DNA of 64,000 bases from Burkholderiales bacterium (GCA_022841375.1 JALHRQ010000003.1:40692-104691); one strand, 5' to 3'. Positions 1 to 9,527 are shown, counted from the stretch's first letter. The notes: generated by a model not told the origin, from the letters alone. Numbers and translations: made by a program.

Positions 1-1164
1 GACGCGCGTCGCCCATGCACCGCCTTTTTCGTCATGGCCCATCTCGACCACTTTCAGTTTCAGCGCCAGCGCGCGTACTTTGGCATCGTTCAGCGCGATT
101 TCCGAAAACGCCAGCGGATCGTTGACGTCGTAATACAGCGCGATCGCCGCACAGAAGGGAACGCTGTATTGCGCACCGGCAACATCACGCGGCTCGCGGA
201 TGTCGTGGTGCGACAGCACTTTGTGACGGGCATGAATGGTCAATGCAACCACGTCGTCGCCGCTGAATTTATGTTCGGCGCGCAGTTCCTGCAGGGACTG
301 AACCGGTGTATGTGCGGTGATGTGGCAGGCGTAACGTTTCAGGCAGGCGTAAACGATATCGAAGTGGGTGCCGAGGTCCTTGGTGAACTGCGTGGCGTCG
401 CCATCGCGGCAATAGGATTCGAGATAACCGTATTGGCCCTCAAGCACACTGTCCGGGCCTTCGTAACCGTCGCGTGCCAACAGCGCCGCAACCACGCCGG
501 CTTCCGCGGCACGGCCCATGTGCAGGCGTTTGACCATCGCGCCGTTGCCGGCCTTGGCGAAAGCGAGCAGGCCGCCGCCGAGCGAACCGGCGATGCCCAG
601 CGCCTGTGTCAGTTGCGCGGCATTGAGCCCGAGCAGTTTGCCGGCGACGATGGCGGAGCCGAAAGGGCCATTGACGCCAGGCGCATGAAAGCCCAGTGAT
701 TCCGTGCTTTGTTTTGCTGCGAGGCCGATGCGGAACATTACTTCGGCACCGGCGATGAAGGCGGTCAGCACATCCTTGCCGCTGGCGCCTTGCGCTTCGC
801 CCGCAGCGAGTGCGGCGGGCAGCAGGATCGCGCCGGGATGTACACCGGCGCTGGGTTTGCGCAGACCGTCGAGTTCAAAGGCATGCGAACACACGCCGTT
901 GGCCAGCGCGGCTGCCGGCGGTGCGACCTTGAGGTCGGTGCCGATGACACGGCTGGAACCATTGCCGCCGCAGTTGCGGGCGTGCCCGGCAACAATTTTG
1001 CTCCACGGCAGGCGCGAACCGAACAGCGCCGCGCCGGTGGTGTCGATGATGCACTGGCGGGCGCGTTCGCGCGCCGCCGCCGGGATCTGCTCGTAACGCA
1101 GCCCGGCGGCGAATTCCGCCAGTGTGCGGGCTGCAGTTTGAGCGTTCTTCGGAGCGGCGCCCAT
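1..1164 (-). CDS. MmgE/PrpD family protein, paralogue 1 (C-terminus lies beyond the window edge)
   Basis: Own minus-strand translation from ATG at 1164: MGAAPKNAQTAARTLAEFAAGLRYEQIPAAARERARQCIIDTTGAALFGSRLPW... The frame stays open to position 1. It is absent from the ORF track because it runs off the window. Same architecture as the next PrpD-like ORFs. Confidence 0.85.
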   Translation of the reverse strand, partial: MGAAPKNAQTAARTLAEFAAGLRYEQIPAAARERARQCIIDTTGAALFGSRLPWSKIVAGHARNCGGNGSSRVIGTDLKVAPPAAALANGVCSHAFELDGLRKPSAGVHPGAILLPAALAAGEAQGASGKDVLTAFIAGAEVMFRIGLAAKQSTESLGFHAPGVNGPFGSAIVAGKLLGLNAAQLTQALGIAGSLGGGLLAFAKAGNGAMVKRLHMGRAAEAGVVAALLARDGYEGPDSVLEGQYGYLESYCRDGDATQFTKDLGTHFDIVYACLKRYACHITAHTPVQSLQELRAEHKFSGDDVVALTIHARHKVLSHHDIREPRDVAGAQYSVPFCAAIALYYDVNDPLAFSEIALNDAKVRALALKLKVVEMGHDEKGGAWATRV

Positions 1165-1172
1165 TGCTGCGG

Positions 1173-2570
1173 TTATGCCGACAGCAGTTTCGACAGCACG
1201 GTGGCGTCAGGCAGCTTCTCGATGCCCATCACCGCGTCGCGCAGCTGCTCGACCTGTGCCTTCGGCAGCGCCTTGACCGCCAGCTTTTCGAATTTCGCGA
1301 TGATGTCAGCGTCGCTGGCGAAACGAAATTCACTGCCGCGCGCGGATTCGACGGTGCGTTTCATCACCGTGCCGTCGTTCAAGTGCAGTTCGACATGTAC
1401 CTTGTGGCGCATTTTCGCGCCCAGCGCGGTGATCGCCGGATCATGAAGGACCTCGACTTTTTGCGACTGCGCGATGCGCGCCGGATCGGCAACCATCGCT
1501 TCGGTGAACTGGTCGACAAAGACGTCTTTTTCGAGCAGCCAGGTGCCGATGCAGTACGGCAGGTTCAGCTGAGCCGAGGTCAGACCCTGCGGCTTGTACG
1601 GCCAGCCGACGTGATGCACCGTGACTTCCGAGCCGTACACGACAACTTTTTTCACGTCGTTGGCGGTGAAGGGGCGTTCGGCATCCATCTCGCGCAGCGC
1701 GTCGAGTGTGGTGTGGTTGCTGCCGACGCAGGCGTAGAACTTCAGCGCGATGCCCATGGTCTGCCAGACTTCACCGAAACCGGCGGTGAGTTCCTTCAGG
1801 TTGAACTTGTCGGTCGACTGCGACATCGTCGTGCAGAAGCCGCCGTACGGGTTCTCCAGCACGTCGACGATCCCAGTGAAGCCGCCTTCGGCAAACAGCG
1901 CGCCGTAGAGGCCGGATTGCGACGAGCGGCCGGCATGCATGCGTTTGACCATCGCGCCGAACTGCGCGGCCATCAGACCTGCGGCCTGGGTGCCGGCAAT
2001 ACCCAGCGCATGCACGGTTTTGTCGACATCCAGTTTCATGCCGCGCGCAGCGCCTGCGGCGGCGGAAAACACGCCCAGCGTGGCGCCCGAGTGCCAGCCC
2101 GAAGCGATATGCGCCGGGCCCATGCACAGGCCGACACGCGGTCCGATTTCGTAACCGGCGACGGAAGCGGTGAGGAATTCCTTGCCGCTCATGCCCGGTT
2201 TGATTTCAGTGACCGCGATCAGTGCCGGCAGCACCACGGCGCCGACATGCAGCACGCCCGCGCGATGCACGTCGTCGAGTTCGAAGCCCTGCACCTGGGT
2301 GCCGTTGACCAGCGCGGCATGCGGTGCGGAGAGTTTTTTGCTGGTGCCCCACACACTGCACTGGCGGGTGCTGTCAACGCTGCCCAGCTTGTCCTGCAGG
2401 ATGCGGGTCCACTCGAGATCCGCGCCGTAGAGCGCGCAGCCCAGCGAATCGAGCATCAGCAGCTTGTTGCGATGACGCACTTCCTCCGGGATCTGGTCGT
2501 AGTTCAGACCGGAAACGAAGGTGGCGATGTCGCGGGTGTAGGGATGGGGTTGCGTCGATTGCTGGGCCAT
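1173..2570 (-). CDS. MmgE/PrpD family protein, paralogue 2
   Basis: Track ORF 1173..2591. Typical PrpD N-terminus (FVSGLNYDQIPEEVRHRNKLLMLDSLGCALYG). I prefer ATG at 2570 (MAQQSTQ) over the TTG at 2591. Confidence 0.85.
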   Translation of the reverse strand: MAQQSTQPHPYTRDIATFVSGLNYDQIPEEVRHRNKLLMLDSLGCALYGADLEWTRILQDKLGSVDSTRQCSVWGTSKKLSAPHAALVNGTQVQGFELDDVHRAGVLHVGAVVLPALIAVTEIKPGMSGKEFLTASVAGYEIGPRVGLCMGPAHIASGWHSGATLGVFSAAAGAARGMKLDVDKTVHALGIAGTQAAGLMAAQFGAMVKRMHAGRSSQSGLYGALFAEGGFTGIVDVLENPYGGFCTTMSQSTDKFNLKELTAGFGEVWQTMGIALKFYACVGSNHTTLDALREMDAERPFTANDVKKVVVYGSEVTVHHVGWPYKPQGLTSAQLNLPYCIGTWLLEKDVFVDQFTEAMVADPARIAQSQKVEVLHDPAITALGAKMRHKVHVELHLNDGTVMKRTVESARGSEFRFASDADIIAKFEKLAVKALPKAQVEQLRDAVMGIEKLPDATVLSKLLSA

Positions 2571-2617
2571 GGGGGGGGATTCCTGTAACAAGTCTATAAA
2601 AGCGGTCTATAAAAATA

Positions 2618-2641
2618 TCAATAAAAACAAATACTTATAAT
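2618..2641 (+). repeat. AT-only motif copy 1 (TCAATAAAAACAAATACTTATAAT)
   Basis: Sits in a 64-bp almost pure A/T spacer between PrpD paralogues 3 and 2. The spacer also carries the direct repeat GTCTATAAAA twice (2592-2601 and 2605-2614). Confidence 0.75.
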
Positions 2642-2655
2642 TTATATCAAAGGGC

Positions 2656-4068
2656 TTATTTGGGCAGCGTGACCGCGGTGCCGATGAGTGCGGCCAGTTC
2701 ATTGATGTCAGCGAGTGACTCGCAACGCTCGACAGTGGTGATGATGCGTTGGGCGTCAGCATTGTTCATGCACGGCGCGACGACATTGCGGAACTTGTGT
2801 ACGACTTCATCCGGCGTCAGCGGATTCTCCGGGCTACCGCGGCGGTGCAGTGCGAGTTTCTCATGCACTTTACCTGAGCGAGTAGTGATCTTCACGCGTG
2901 AAGCATGGCGGAACGGTGCGCCCATTTTTTCAATCTCGGGATCAACGTGAGCAGTGATGCGTGAAATGAAATCGAGGATCTGCGGATCGGCGAGACGCGC
3001 TTCGCGGAACTGTTCGGTGAAGGCCGCGCCGTCGAGTGCAATGACCGCCATGCCGTAATACAGATTCATCTGCGCGGCAGTGACACCCTGCGCTTTGTAT
3101 TCCCAGGCACAGTGCACATGCGTCATCGGCGACAGGCCGGTTTCAACCTTTGCGATGTCAGCGGCCTTTAGGTCGTGTTCCTGCATCAGTTCCGACAACG
3201 CATCCAGCGCGCTGTGGATGCTGGTGACGCTGGCGTGCGGCTTGTAGCCGACGTTGAGCGTTTCCCATGTTTTGCCAAGACCATCAGTCAAACGCGACGG
3301 GTTTGGCTTGTCGGAGTAGGTGGACAGATAGCCGCCATACGGCGCTTCAAGCGCATCGAGAATGCCGGTGAAATCCCGTGACGCCAGTTGCGCGGCATAA
3401 ACACCGCTTTGCGCGGCACGACCGCTGTGGAAGCGTTTGACCATCGCGCCCTCCTGCGCCGCCATCAGGCCGCCGGCCTGCGAGCCCGCCATGCCCAATG
3501 CGTGCTGAAACTGCGTGGCATTGAGATTCAGCATGCGCGCCGCTGTTGCTGCAGCAACAAAAGTGCCCGACGTGCCCTGCGGATGGAAGCCGCGGAAAAA
3601 CAGGCTCATCGTTGCCGCATTGCCGACGCGGTGGCCGATTTCGTAACCCGCAACCATCGCGGTCAGCAGGTCTTTGCCGGAAACCTTGCTGCCTTTGGCT
3701 TCAGCCAGATTCAGTGCGACGGGTGTCGCGATGGAACCCGCGTGGACGATGGATTCCTTGTGAATGTCATCCAGTTCAAAAGCGTGGCCTGACGTTCCAT
3801 TGACCAGTGCCGCGAGTGCGGGCGAAGACTTGCGACCCAGACCGATCAGTGTGGCAACCGGCTTTGCGCCTTCGGCATCGGCGAGTTCTGCGACCTTGCG
3901 CGTCCACGGCAGTGTCGCGCCAAACAGGCAGCAACCGAGACTGTCGAGCAGCGACAGTTTGATGCGCGCGACGGCCTCGGCTGGAATGTCCTCGTAACGC
4001 AAGGCCGCGCCGAAGCTGGCGAGATCGCGCGTGGCGTCGGCAAGCAGCGGCGGTTTGTTTGAGGACAT
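2656..4068 (-). CDS. MmgE/PrpD family protein, paralogue 3
   Basis: 470-aa ORF: LASFGAALRYEDIPAEAVARIKLSLLDSLGCCLFG..., full-length PrpD-like. Confidence 0.88.
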   Translation of the reverse strand: MSSNKPPLLADATRDLASFGAALRYEDIPAEAVARIKLSLLDSLGCCLFGATLPWTRKVAELADAEGAKPVATLIGLGRKSSPALAALVNGTSGHAFELDDIHKESIVHAGSIATPVALNLAEAKGSKVSGKDLLTAMVAGYEIGHRVGNAATMSLFFRGFHPQGTSGTFVAAATAARMLNLNATQFQHALGMAGSQAGGLMAAQEGAMVKRFHSGRAAQSGVYAAQLASRDFTGILDALEAPYGGYLSTYSDKPNPSRLTDGLGKTWETLNVGYKPHASVTSIHSALDALSELMQEHDLKAADIAKVETGLSPMTHVHCAWEYKAQGVTAAQMNLYYGMAVIALDGAAFTEQFREARLADPQILDFISRITAHVDPEIEKMGAPFRHASRVKITTRSGKVHEKLALHRRGSPENPLTPDEVVHKFRNVVAPCMNNADAQRIITTVERCESLADINELAALIGTAVTLPK

Positions 4069-4082
4069 GGCTGATTGCGTCC

Positions 4083-5567
4083 TTATCCCTGTGTGGCGGC
4101 TTTGCCCGCAGAGGTGCCCGCGAGCTTGCCGAATACCGCACCGGATACCAGACCAGTGCCGCTCGGGTAGTTGAAGTAGAACAGGCCGCCGACCATTTCA
4201 CCAGCGCAATACAAACCGGGGATCGGCAACTGGTTCGAATCGACGACCTGGCCGGAGTCTTTGTCGACGCGCAGGCCGCCGAAGGTGAAGGTGATGCCGC
4301 AGGTGGTGGCGTAGGCATCGTAGGGCGGGGCGTCGAGCGCCTGTGCCCAGTTCGATTTCGGCGGCTCGATGCCGACGGTGCCCTTGCCATCCTTGACCAC
4401 GTGATTGAACGGCACATCCTTTTGCACCGCGGCGTTGTACTCGTGCACGGTTTTGAGGAAAGCCTCGGGGTTGACGCCTTCCAGCTTGGTCGCCAGTTCT
4501 TCCAGCGTGTTGGCGCTGACCTTGGTCATGTATTTGATGCGGTATTCCGAACGCAGCAGCTTGGTGACTTTGGAGTCGAACACCTGCCACGCAAACTGGC
4601 CCGGCTGCTTGAGTACTTCACCACCATATTTGGCGTAGGTGAAGGAATGGAAATCGTAGCCTTCGTCGACAAAACGTTTGCCTTCGGCGTTGATCAGCAG
4701 GCCGAAGATGTAGCTGTGTTTCTGGAACTGGTCGCCGACATTGACGTCGCCGAATTCCGGCGCGTAGCGGTCCCAGCCGGTGGCGTGGCAGCCCGACCAG
4801 TTGCCGTAGGGCGCGGCACCGATGTCGAGTGCCATTTTCAGGCCGTCGCCGACGTTGAAGCGCGAACCGCGCACTTTCGCCAGTTCCCAGCCCGGACCGA
4901 GGTAGCGCGCGCGCATTTCGGGGTTGGCTTCGAAGCCGCCGCAGGCCAGCACCACGGCCTTGGCTTTCATCTCGAAGGACTTGCCCTTCTGCCGCACCTG
5001 CACGCCGCTGACCGTGGCGCCGTCGTAGAGCAGCTTGATCGCGCGGGTTTCGAAATGCACCGGGATGCCGGCTTTTTTGACGGCTTTGTCGAGGTACTGC
5101 ACCAGGCCGGCGCCGCCGCCGTGGGCTTCGATCGGCATATTGCCGAAGAATTTGCGTTTGCCGTCGACCACTGCCGACTGGCGTCCCCAGTTCGGCACGA
5201 ACTTCACGCCCTTTTCGCGCAGCCAGATCATCGTCGGAAGGCTCTCGTTGACCAGATACTCCGACAGGTCGGGATCGGTGCGGTAGGCGGTGAGCTGGTG
5301 GATCTTGTCGAGGAATTCCTCGCGGGTGTTGGTGCCGAAGTCGGTCTCGGCGATTTCCTGTTCGGTGATATCGGTGATTTTCAGCAGGTCTTCCACGGTT
5401 TCGTAGGCGAAGCGCATCACGCCGCCGGCAAAGCGGCTGTTGCCGCCGCCTTCATCTTCCGATGCGGCTTCAAGAATGGCGACGCGTGCGCCCTGGTCAT
5501 GGGCCGACAGCGCGGCGCACATGGCGGCGTTGCCTTTGCCGACGACGATTACATCATATTCCGACAT
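4083..5567 (-). CDS. FAD-binding dehydrogenase, tricarballylate dehydrogenase (TcuA)-like
   Basis: MSEYDVIVVGKGNAAMCAALSAHDQGARVAILEAASEDEGGGNSRFAGG, a Rossmann FAD motif in the fumarate-reductase/TcuA family style. Start set at ATG 5567 rather than the longest ORF start (5609). Confidence 0.75.
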   Translation of the reverse strand: MSEYDVIVVGKGNAAMCAALSAHDQGARVAILEAASEDEGGGNSRFAGGVMRFAYETVEDLLKITDITEQEIAETDFGTNTREEFLDKIHQLTAYRTDPDLSEYLVNESLPTMIWLREKGVKFVPNWGRQSAVVDGKRKFFGNMPIEAHGGGAGLVQYLDKAVKKAGIPVHFETRAIKLLYDGATVSGVQVRQKGKSFEMKAKAVVLACGGFEANPEMRARYLGPGWELAKVRGSRFNVGDGLKMALDIGAAPYGNWSGCHATGWDRYAPEFGDVNVGDQFQKHSYIFGLLINAEGKRFVDEGYDFHSFTYAKYGGEVLKQPGQFAWQVFDSKVTKLLRSEYRIKYMTKVSANTLEELATKLEGVNPEAFLKTVHEYNAAVQKDVPFNHVVKDGKGTVGIEPPKSNWAQALDAPPYDAYATTCGITFTFGGLRVDKDSGQVVDSNQLPIPGLYCAGEMVGGLFYFNYPSGTGLVSGAVFGKLAGTSAGKAATQG

Positions 5568-5725
5568 TTTCAGAGGCCTTTCAGTGTGCATGTTTGGGAC
5601 AGCCCACAATTATCCTTTCCTCACACTCTTGAGTAAAATGAGATTATTGCAACAATTGTTCGCAGTTTTGCATCAATAAGACGCATTAATAAACCAAGGC
5701 CGTTCGCCCTGAGCCCGCCGTTTCT

Positions 5726-5768
5726 CCCTCTCCCCATGCACTCATGGGGAGAGGGCGGGGGAGAGGGG
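5726..5768. repeat. REP-like palindrome (CCCTCTCCCCATG / CATGGGGAGAGGG) plus a third GGGGAGAGGGG copy
   Basis: Perfect 13-bp inverted repeat, 5726-5738 pairing with 5743-5755, 4-nt loop, followed by GGGGAGAGGGG. Lies in the divergent tcuA-like/lysR intergenic region. Confidence 0.7.
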
Positions 5769-5791
5769 CAACCCAAACTCATCTGCCCACC

Positions 5792-6730
5792 ATGAACATC
5801 GACACCCACGGCCTGCAGGCGTTTGCCCGCATTGCGGAACTCGGCAGCTTCCACCAGGCGGCGGAAGCCCTGCATCTGTCGCAGTCGGCGCTGTCGCGGC
5901 GCATCAGCAAACTGGAGGAGGAACTCGGCGTGCGTCTGCTCGACCGCACCACGCGCAAAGTGCGCCTGACCGCGGTCGGCCGCGACTTTCTGCCGCAGGC
6001 GCGGCGACTGATTGAGGAACTGGAAAATTCACTGGCCGGCCTGCGCGATATGGCCAAACGCGGCGCGGGCCAGGTGACGGTGGCCTGTGTGCCGACCGCG
6101 GCGATGCACATGCTGCCGCCGGTGATCCGCGATTACAGCGCCAAACATCCCGACAACCGCATCCGCATCCTGGATGTGCATGCCAACGAAGTGCTGCAGG
6201 CGGTGCTCGGCGGCGAAGCCGAGTTCGGGCTGACGCTCTCCGGCGCCGATACGCCGGAACTGGAAACCGAGGCCCTGTTCGAAGACCCCTTCGTGCTGGC
6301 CTGTCATCGCGACCATGCGCTGGCGAAAAAGAAAACGGTGAAATGGGCCGACCTGGAACAGCAGCGGGTCATCACTGTCGGGCGAATGAGCGGTAATCGC
6401 GCGCTGCTTGACTTCGGCTTGCCAGGCAACCTGCCGCAGCAGCGCTGGACTTATGAAGTGCAGCACTCGTTCTGGACCGGGCTGGGCATGGTTGAGGCGG
6501 GCATCGGTGTGATTGCGGTGCCAGCGCTGGCGCTGTCGGGGCGGCGCAATCCGCAACTGGTCAGCCGGCCGCTGGTGGAGCCGCGACTGACGCGCACGGT
6601 GGCGGTGATCCGGCGCCGCGGCGTGACGCTGTCGCCGGCGACGCAGGAGTTTCTGATGATGCTGAAAAAGCGTTGGGGGCAGTCGAAGCGGGAGGCGCGT
6701 CTGCGCAGTCAAGCGCAGCGAGCCCCATGA
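5792..6730 (+). CDS. LysR family transcriptional regulator
   Basis: MNIDTHGLQAFARIAELGSFHQAAEALHLSQSALSRRISKLEEELGVRLLDRTTRKV, an HTH_1 domain followed by a LysR substrate domain. Divergent from the catabolic genes. Confidence 0.9.
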   Translation: MNIDTHGLQAFARIAELGSFHQAAEALHLSQSALSRRISKLEEELGVRLLDRTTRKVRLTAVGRDFLPQARRLIEELENSLAGLRDMAKRGAGQVTVACVPTAAMHMLPPVIRDYSAKHPDNRIRILDVHANEVLQAVLGGEAEFGLTLSGADTPELETEALFEDPFVLACHRDHALAKKKTVKWADLEQQRVITVGRMSGNRALLDFGLPGNLPQQRWTYEVQHSFWTGLGMVEAGIGVIAVPALALSGRRNPQLVSRPLVEPRLTRTVAVIRRRGVTLSPATQEFLMMLKKRWGQSKREARLRSQAQRAP

Positions 6731-6840
6731 TTCCCGGCAGCTTGCCGGTTGTGGCAACGGCTGTTAGTCTCAAATGCAAGAATCAAAACCGCAAAAACAT
6801 TGTTGATTCAGTCCAATTGTCGGTACGAGGAGGGAGTGGA

Positions 6841-7833
6841 ATGACGGCATCAAGGGTTTCCAAAAAAGTAATTTCCCAAGTTCTGTTTGCAGGCGCGTTC
6901 ATCGCGGTATCGCACAGTGCTGTTGCACAGCAACCCGCTTATCCCGCAAAACCGATCCGCCTGATTGCCTCTCAGTCACCTGGCGGCGGCATTGATACGG
7001 TGGCGCGCATCGTGGCGACTCGGCTGGGTGATGCCATCGGACAGAACGTGATGGTCGACAACCGCGCCGGTGCCAACGGTTCGCTCGCCGGTGAACTGAC
7101 CGCAAAATCACCACCTGACGGTTATACGATGATGATCGGCGCGGTGGGGAACCTTGCGGTCAATGGCTTTTTCTCCAAGAACATGACCTATGATCCCCTG
7201 AAGGATCTGGCGCCGGTGACGCCTGCGGTGACCAGCGGCAACATTCTGGTGGTGCATCCTTCGGTACCGGCCAAATCGTTGAAGGAATTCCTGGCGCTTG
7301 CACGATCACGTCCGGCTGAACTGGCCTACGGTTCATCCGGCGTTGGTGGTTCCGGACATCTGGCGACGGGTTTGCTGCAGTCGATGGCCAAGATTAAGCT
7401 GCTGCATGTGCCATACAAGGGCAATGGCCCGGCAATCGTCAATCTGATGTCCGGCGAAGTGCAGATGGCTTTTGCGTCTCCGGCCAGCGTGGCTGCCAAT
7501 ATCCAGGCCGGCCGGTTGCGCGCGCTTGCGGTGGGGACCGGCACCCGCTCGAAGCAGTTTCCGCAGGTGCCGACCATTGCTGAAGCGGGTGTGGCGGGTT
7601 ATGAATCCAAAAGCTGGTACGGCTTTGTCGTTGCGGCGAAAACCCCGCCCGCGATCATTGCGCGGCTGAACAAGGAAATCGTGCAGGTCATCAATCGGCC
7701 CGAGGTCGTGGAATTGATGCTGACCCAAGGCGAAGCCTGGACCAGCAGTCCCGAAGCGTTTGCGGCCTTCATCAAGGTCGAACATGACAAGTGGGGGCGC
7801 GTGATCCGGGAGCAGGGCATCACTGCAAACTGA
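6841..7833 (+). CDS. Bug family tripartite tricarboxylate transporter substrate-binding protein (TctC-like)
   Basis: Signal peptide then YPAKPIRLIASQSPGGGIDTVARIVA...; GGAGGGAGTGGA precedes ATG 6841; C-terminal ...KWGRVIREQGITAN is typical of Bug proteins. Confidence 0.88.
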   Translation: MTASRVSKKVISQVLFAGAFIAVSHSAVAQQPAYPAKPIRLIASQSPGGGIDTVARIVATRLGDAIGQNVMVDNRAGANGSLAGELTAKSPPDGYTMMIGAVGNLAVNGFFSKNMTYDPLKDLAPVTPAVTSGNILVVHPSVPAKSLKEFLALARSRPAELAYGSSGVGGSGHLATGLLQSMAKIKLLHVPYKGNGPAIVNLMSGEVQMAFASPASVAANIQAGRLRALAVGTGTRSKQFPQVPTIAEAGVAGYESKSWYGFVVAAKTPPAIIARLNKEIVQVINRPEVVELMLTQGEAWTSSPEAFAAFIKVEHDKWGRVIREQGITAN

Positions 7834-7877
7834 GCGGTGAAGTGCGTGCCGATAAAACCGAATCAGGACATTCAGGC

Positions 7878-8735
7878 ATGTTGATCGTCGATTCGCAGGC
7901 GCATATCTGGGCGGCGAATACGCCGGAGCGTCCCTGGACGTTGAATGCCAAGCCGCATCTGCCGCAACCCTTCGGCGAGAAAGAACTGCTGCAGGAGATG
8001 AAAGCGGCCGGTGTTGACCGCGTGGTGATCGTGCCGCCGAGTCTTGATCGCACGCGTAATGACCTGGCGCTGGATGCAGCACAGTCGCATCCCGATTGTT
8101 TTGCGGTGATGGGCAAGATCAATCCGGCCTTGCCGGAGTCGCGAGGCATGATGGCAACTTGGCGCCGGCAAACGGGCATGCTCGGCCTTCGGTTCAATTT
8201 CAAAAAAAACATGGACCGGTTATCGAATCCGGAATATATGGCCTGGGTATGGGAAGAGGCCGAAGCGGCGGGTATCCCGCTTTACGTTGGCGTGGACCAT
8301 CCGGCAGTCAGGCTGGTTGATGCCGTGGCCGAGCGACATCCGCGACTACGCATCATCCTCGACCACATGGCTCTCGCCAGCGGCGCCAAGGATGATGAAG
8401 CTTTTCGTGATCTGGATATGCTGCTCGCCATTGCAAAGCGTCCGAACGTTGCAGTGAAGGTCAGTGCACTGCCCGGATATTCAACCGCACCCTATCCTTA
8501 CAGCAACCTGCATGGTTATGTGAAACGCGCGTATGACGCTTTCGGACCCCGACGATTGTTCTGGGGCAGCGACCTGACGCGGTTGAAATGCACTTACCGC
8601 CAGTGTGTGACCGTGTTTACCGAAGAAATGCCCTGGCTCACGGCCGATGATCTGGAACTGATCATGGGGCGTGCGCTGTGCGAATGGTTAGACTGGCCGG
8701 TCGAAGTGCAGTCCCGATCGGCGTCTGCCGCGTAG
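7878..8735 (+). CDS. Amidohydrolase-2 family protein (lactonase/decarboxylase-type metal hydrolase)
   Basis: MLIVDSQAHIW..., ...ILDHMA..., ...FWGSDLTR motifs typical of the COG3618/amidohydrolase_2 family. Confidence 0.75.
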   Translation: MLIVDSQAHIWAANTPERPWTLNAKPHLPQPFGEKELLQEMKAAGVDRVVIVPPSLDRTRNDLALDAAQSHPDCFAVMGKINPALPESRGMMATWRRQTGMLGLRFNFKKNMDRLSNPEYMAWVWEEAEAAGIPLYVGVDHPAVRLVDAVAERHPRLRIILDHMALASGAKDDEAFRDLDMLLAIAKRPNVAVKVSALPGYSTAPYPYSNLHGYVKRAYDAFGPRRLFWGSDLTRLKCTYRQCVTVFTEEMPWLTADDLELIMGRALCEWLDWPVEVQSRSASAA

Positions 8736-9527
8736 TTACACGCGTGCGCGCAGCGAACTGCCGGCGTCGATGGTGACCACGGTGCCGCTGATGTAGGAAG
8801 CGCGTGGCGACGCGAGGAAAGTCACCAGGTCCGAAACTTCCGCCGGGCGTCCCGCGCGGCCGAAGGGCAGTGAAGCGATGACCTTGGCTTGCAGTTCGGG
8901 CCAGCGTGATTCATCGCCGAATTGCTGCAAGGCTTGTTCCTTGAAGTGCCCGATCTGGCGTTCGGTTTCGATGCGTCCCGGATTCACGCCGACCACGCGG
9001 ATGCCGTGATCGACGCTTTCTGAGCCCAGCGCGCGGGTGAAGGCCATCAGTCCGGCATTGCCGGTGGTTCCGGTGATGTAGTTGGCGCGGTGGCGTTCGC
9101 CGGCGACGCCGATGATGTTGACGATGACGCCGGATTTGCGCTCGCGCATGCTCTTGTAGAGTTCTCGCGTCAGGTTGATGAAGCCGAACACCTTCAGGTC
9201 CCAGGCCTTGCGCCAGCGCTCATCGGTGATGTCCAGCAGATCGCCGCCGGGGATCGCGCCGGCGTTGTTGACCAGTATGTCGACGTCGGCGCAGGTTTTG
9301 CCGAGGGCCACGACATTTTCCGTCGTGCTCAGATCGACCGCATGGATGAAGACCTCGGTCTTGTACTGTTTCCGGATGGCTTCAGCCGCCGATTTCAGCG
9401 CGGATTCGTTGCGTGCGGCGAGATGGATAATCGCCCCTTCCGACGCGAAACCCTGCGCGCAGGCCAGGCCGAGTCCTTTGGAGGCGCCGGTAATCAAGAC
9501 TCTTTTGCCGCGAAGTTCCAGATCCAA
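8736..9527 (-). CDS. SDR family oxidoreductase
   Basis: LRGKRVLITGASKGLGLACAQGFASEGA (TGxxxGxG). The track ORF (to 10064) is over-extended. TTG at 9527 is preceded by AGGGGAAAC and gives a 263-aa SDR. Confidence 0.85.
   Translation of the reverse strand: MDLELRGKRVLITGASKGLGLACAQGFASEGAIIHLAARNESALKSAAEAIRKQYKTEVFIHAVDLSTTENVVALGKTCADVDILVNNAGAIPGGDLLDITDERWRKAWDLKVFGFINLTRELYKSMRERKSGVIVNIIGVAGERHRANYITGTTGNAGLMAFTRALGSESVDHGIRVVGVNPGRIETERQIGHFKEQALQQFGDESRWPELQAKVIASLPFGRAGRPAEVSDLVTFLASPRASYISGTVVTIDAGSSLRARV

Noticed and set aside
2618-2641. The A/T motif read as a sigma-70 promoter, since copies 1 and 2 contain a perfect TATAAT.
   Set aside because: No reasonable -35 box lies 17 nt upstream. 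Copy 3 lacks TATAAT (it reads TAGTTACGT). The orientations would drive transcription antisense to, or away from, the neighbouring genes in at least one case.
4059-5636. Long ORFs antisense to recognisable genes (for example 4059..5636+, 14665..16287+, 43360..45135-, 61418..63190+, 50388..51488-, 42142..43332-).
   Set aside because: Their translations are Arg/Ala/Gly/His-rich with no motifs and lie exactly opposite well-supported genes (tcuA-like, selA, dxs, phnCDE, chrA, ispA). These are typical shadow ORFs of a high-GC genome.
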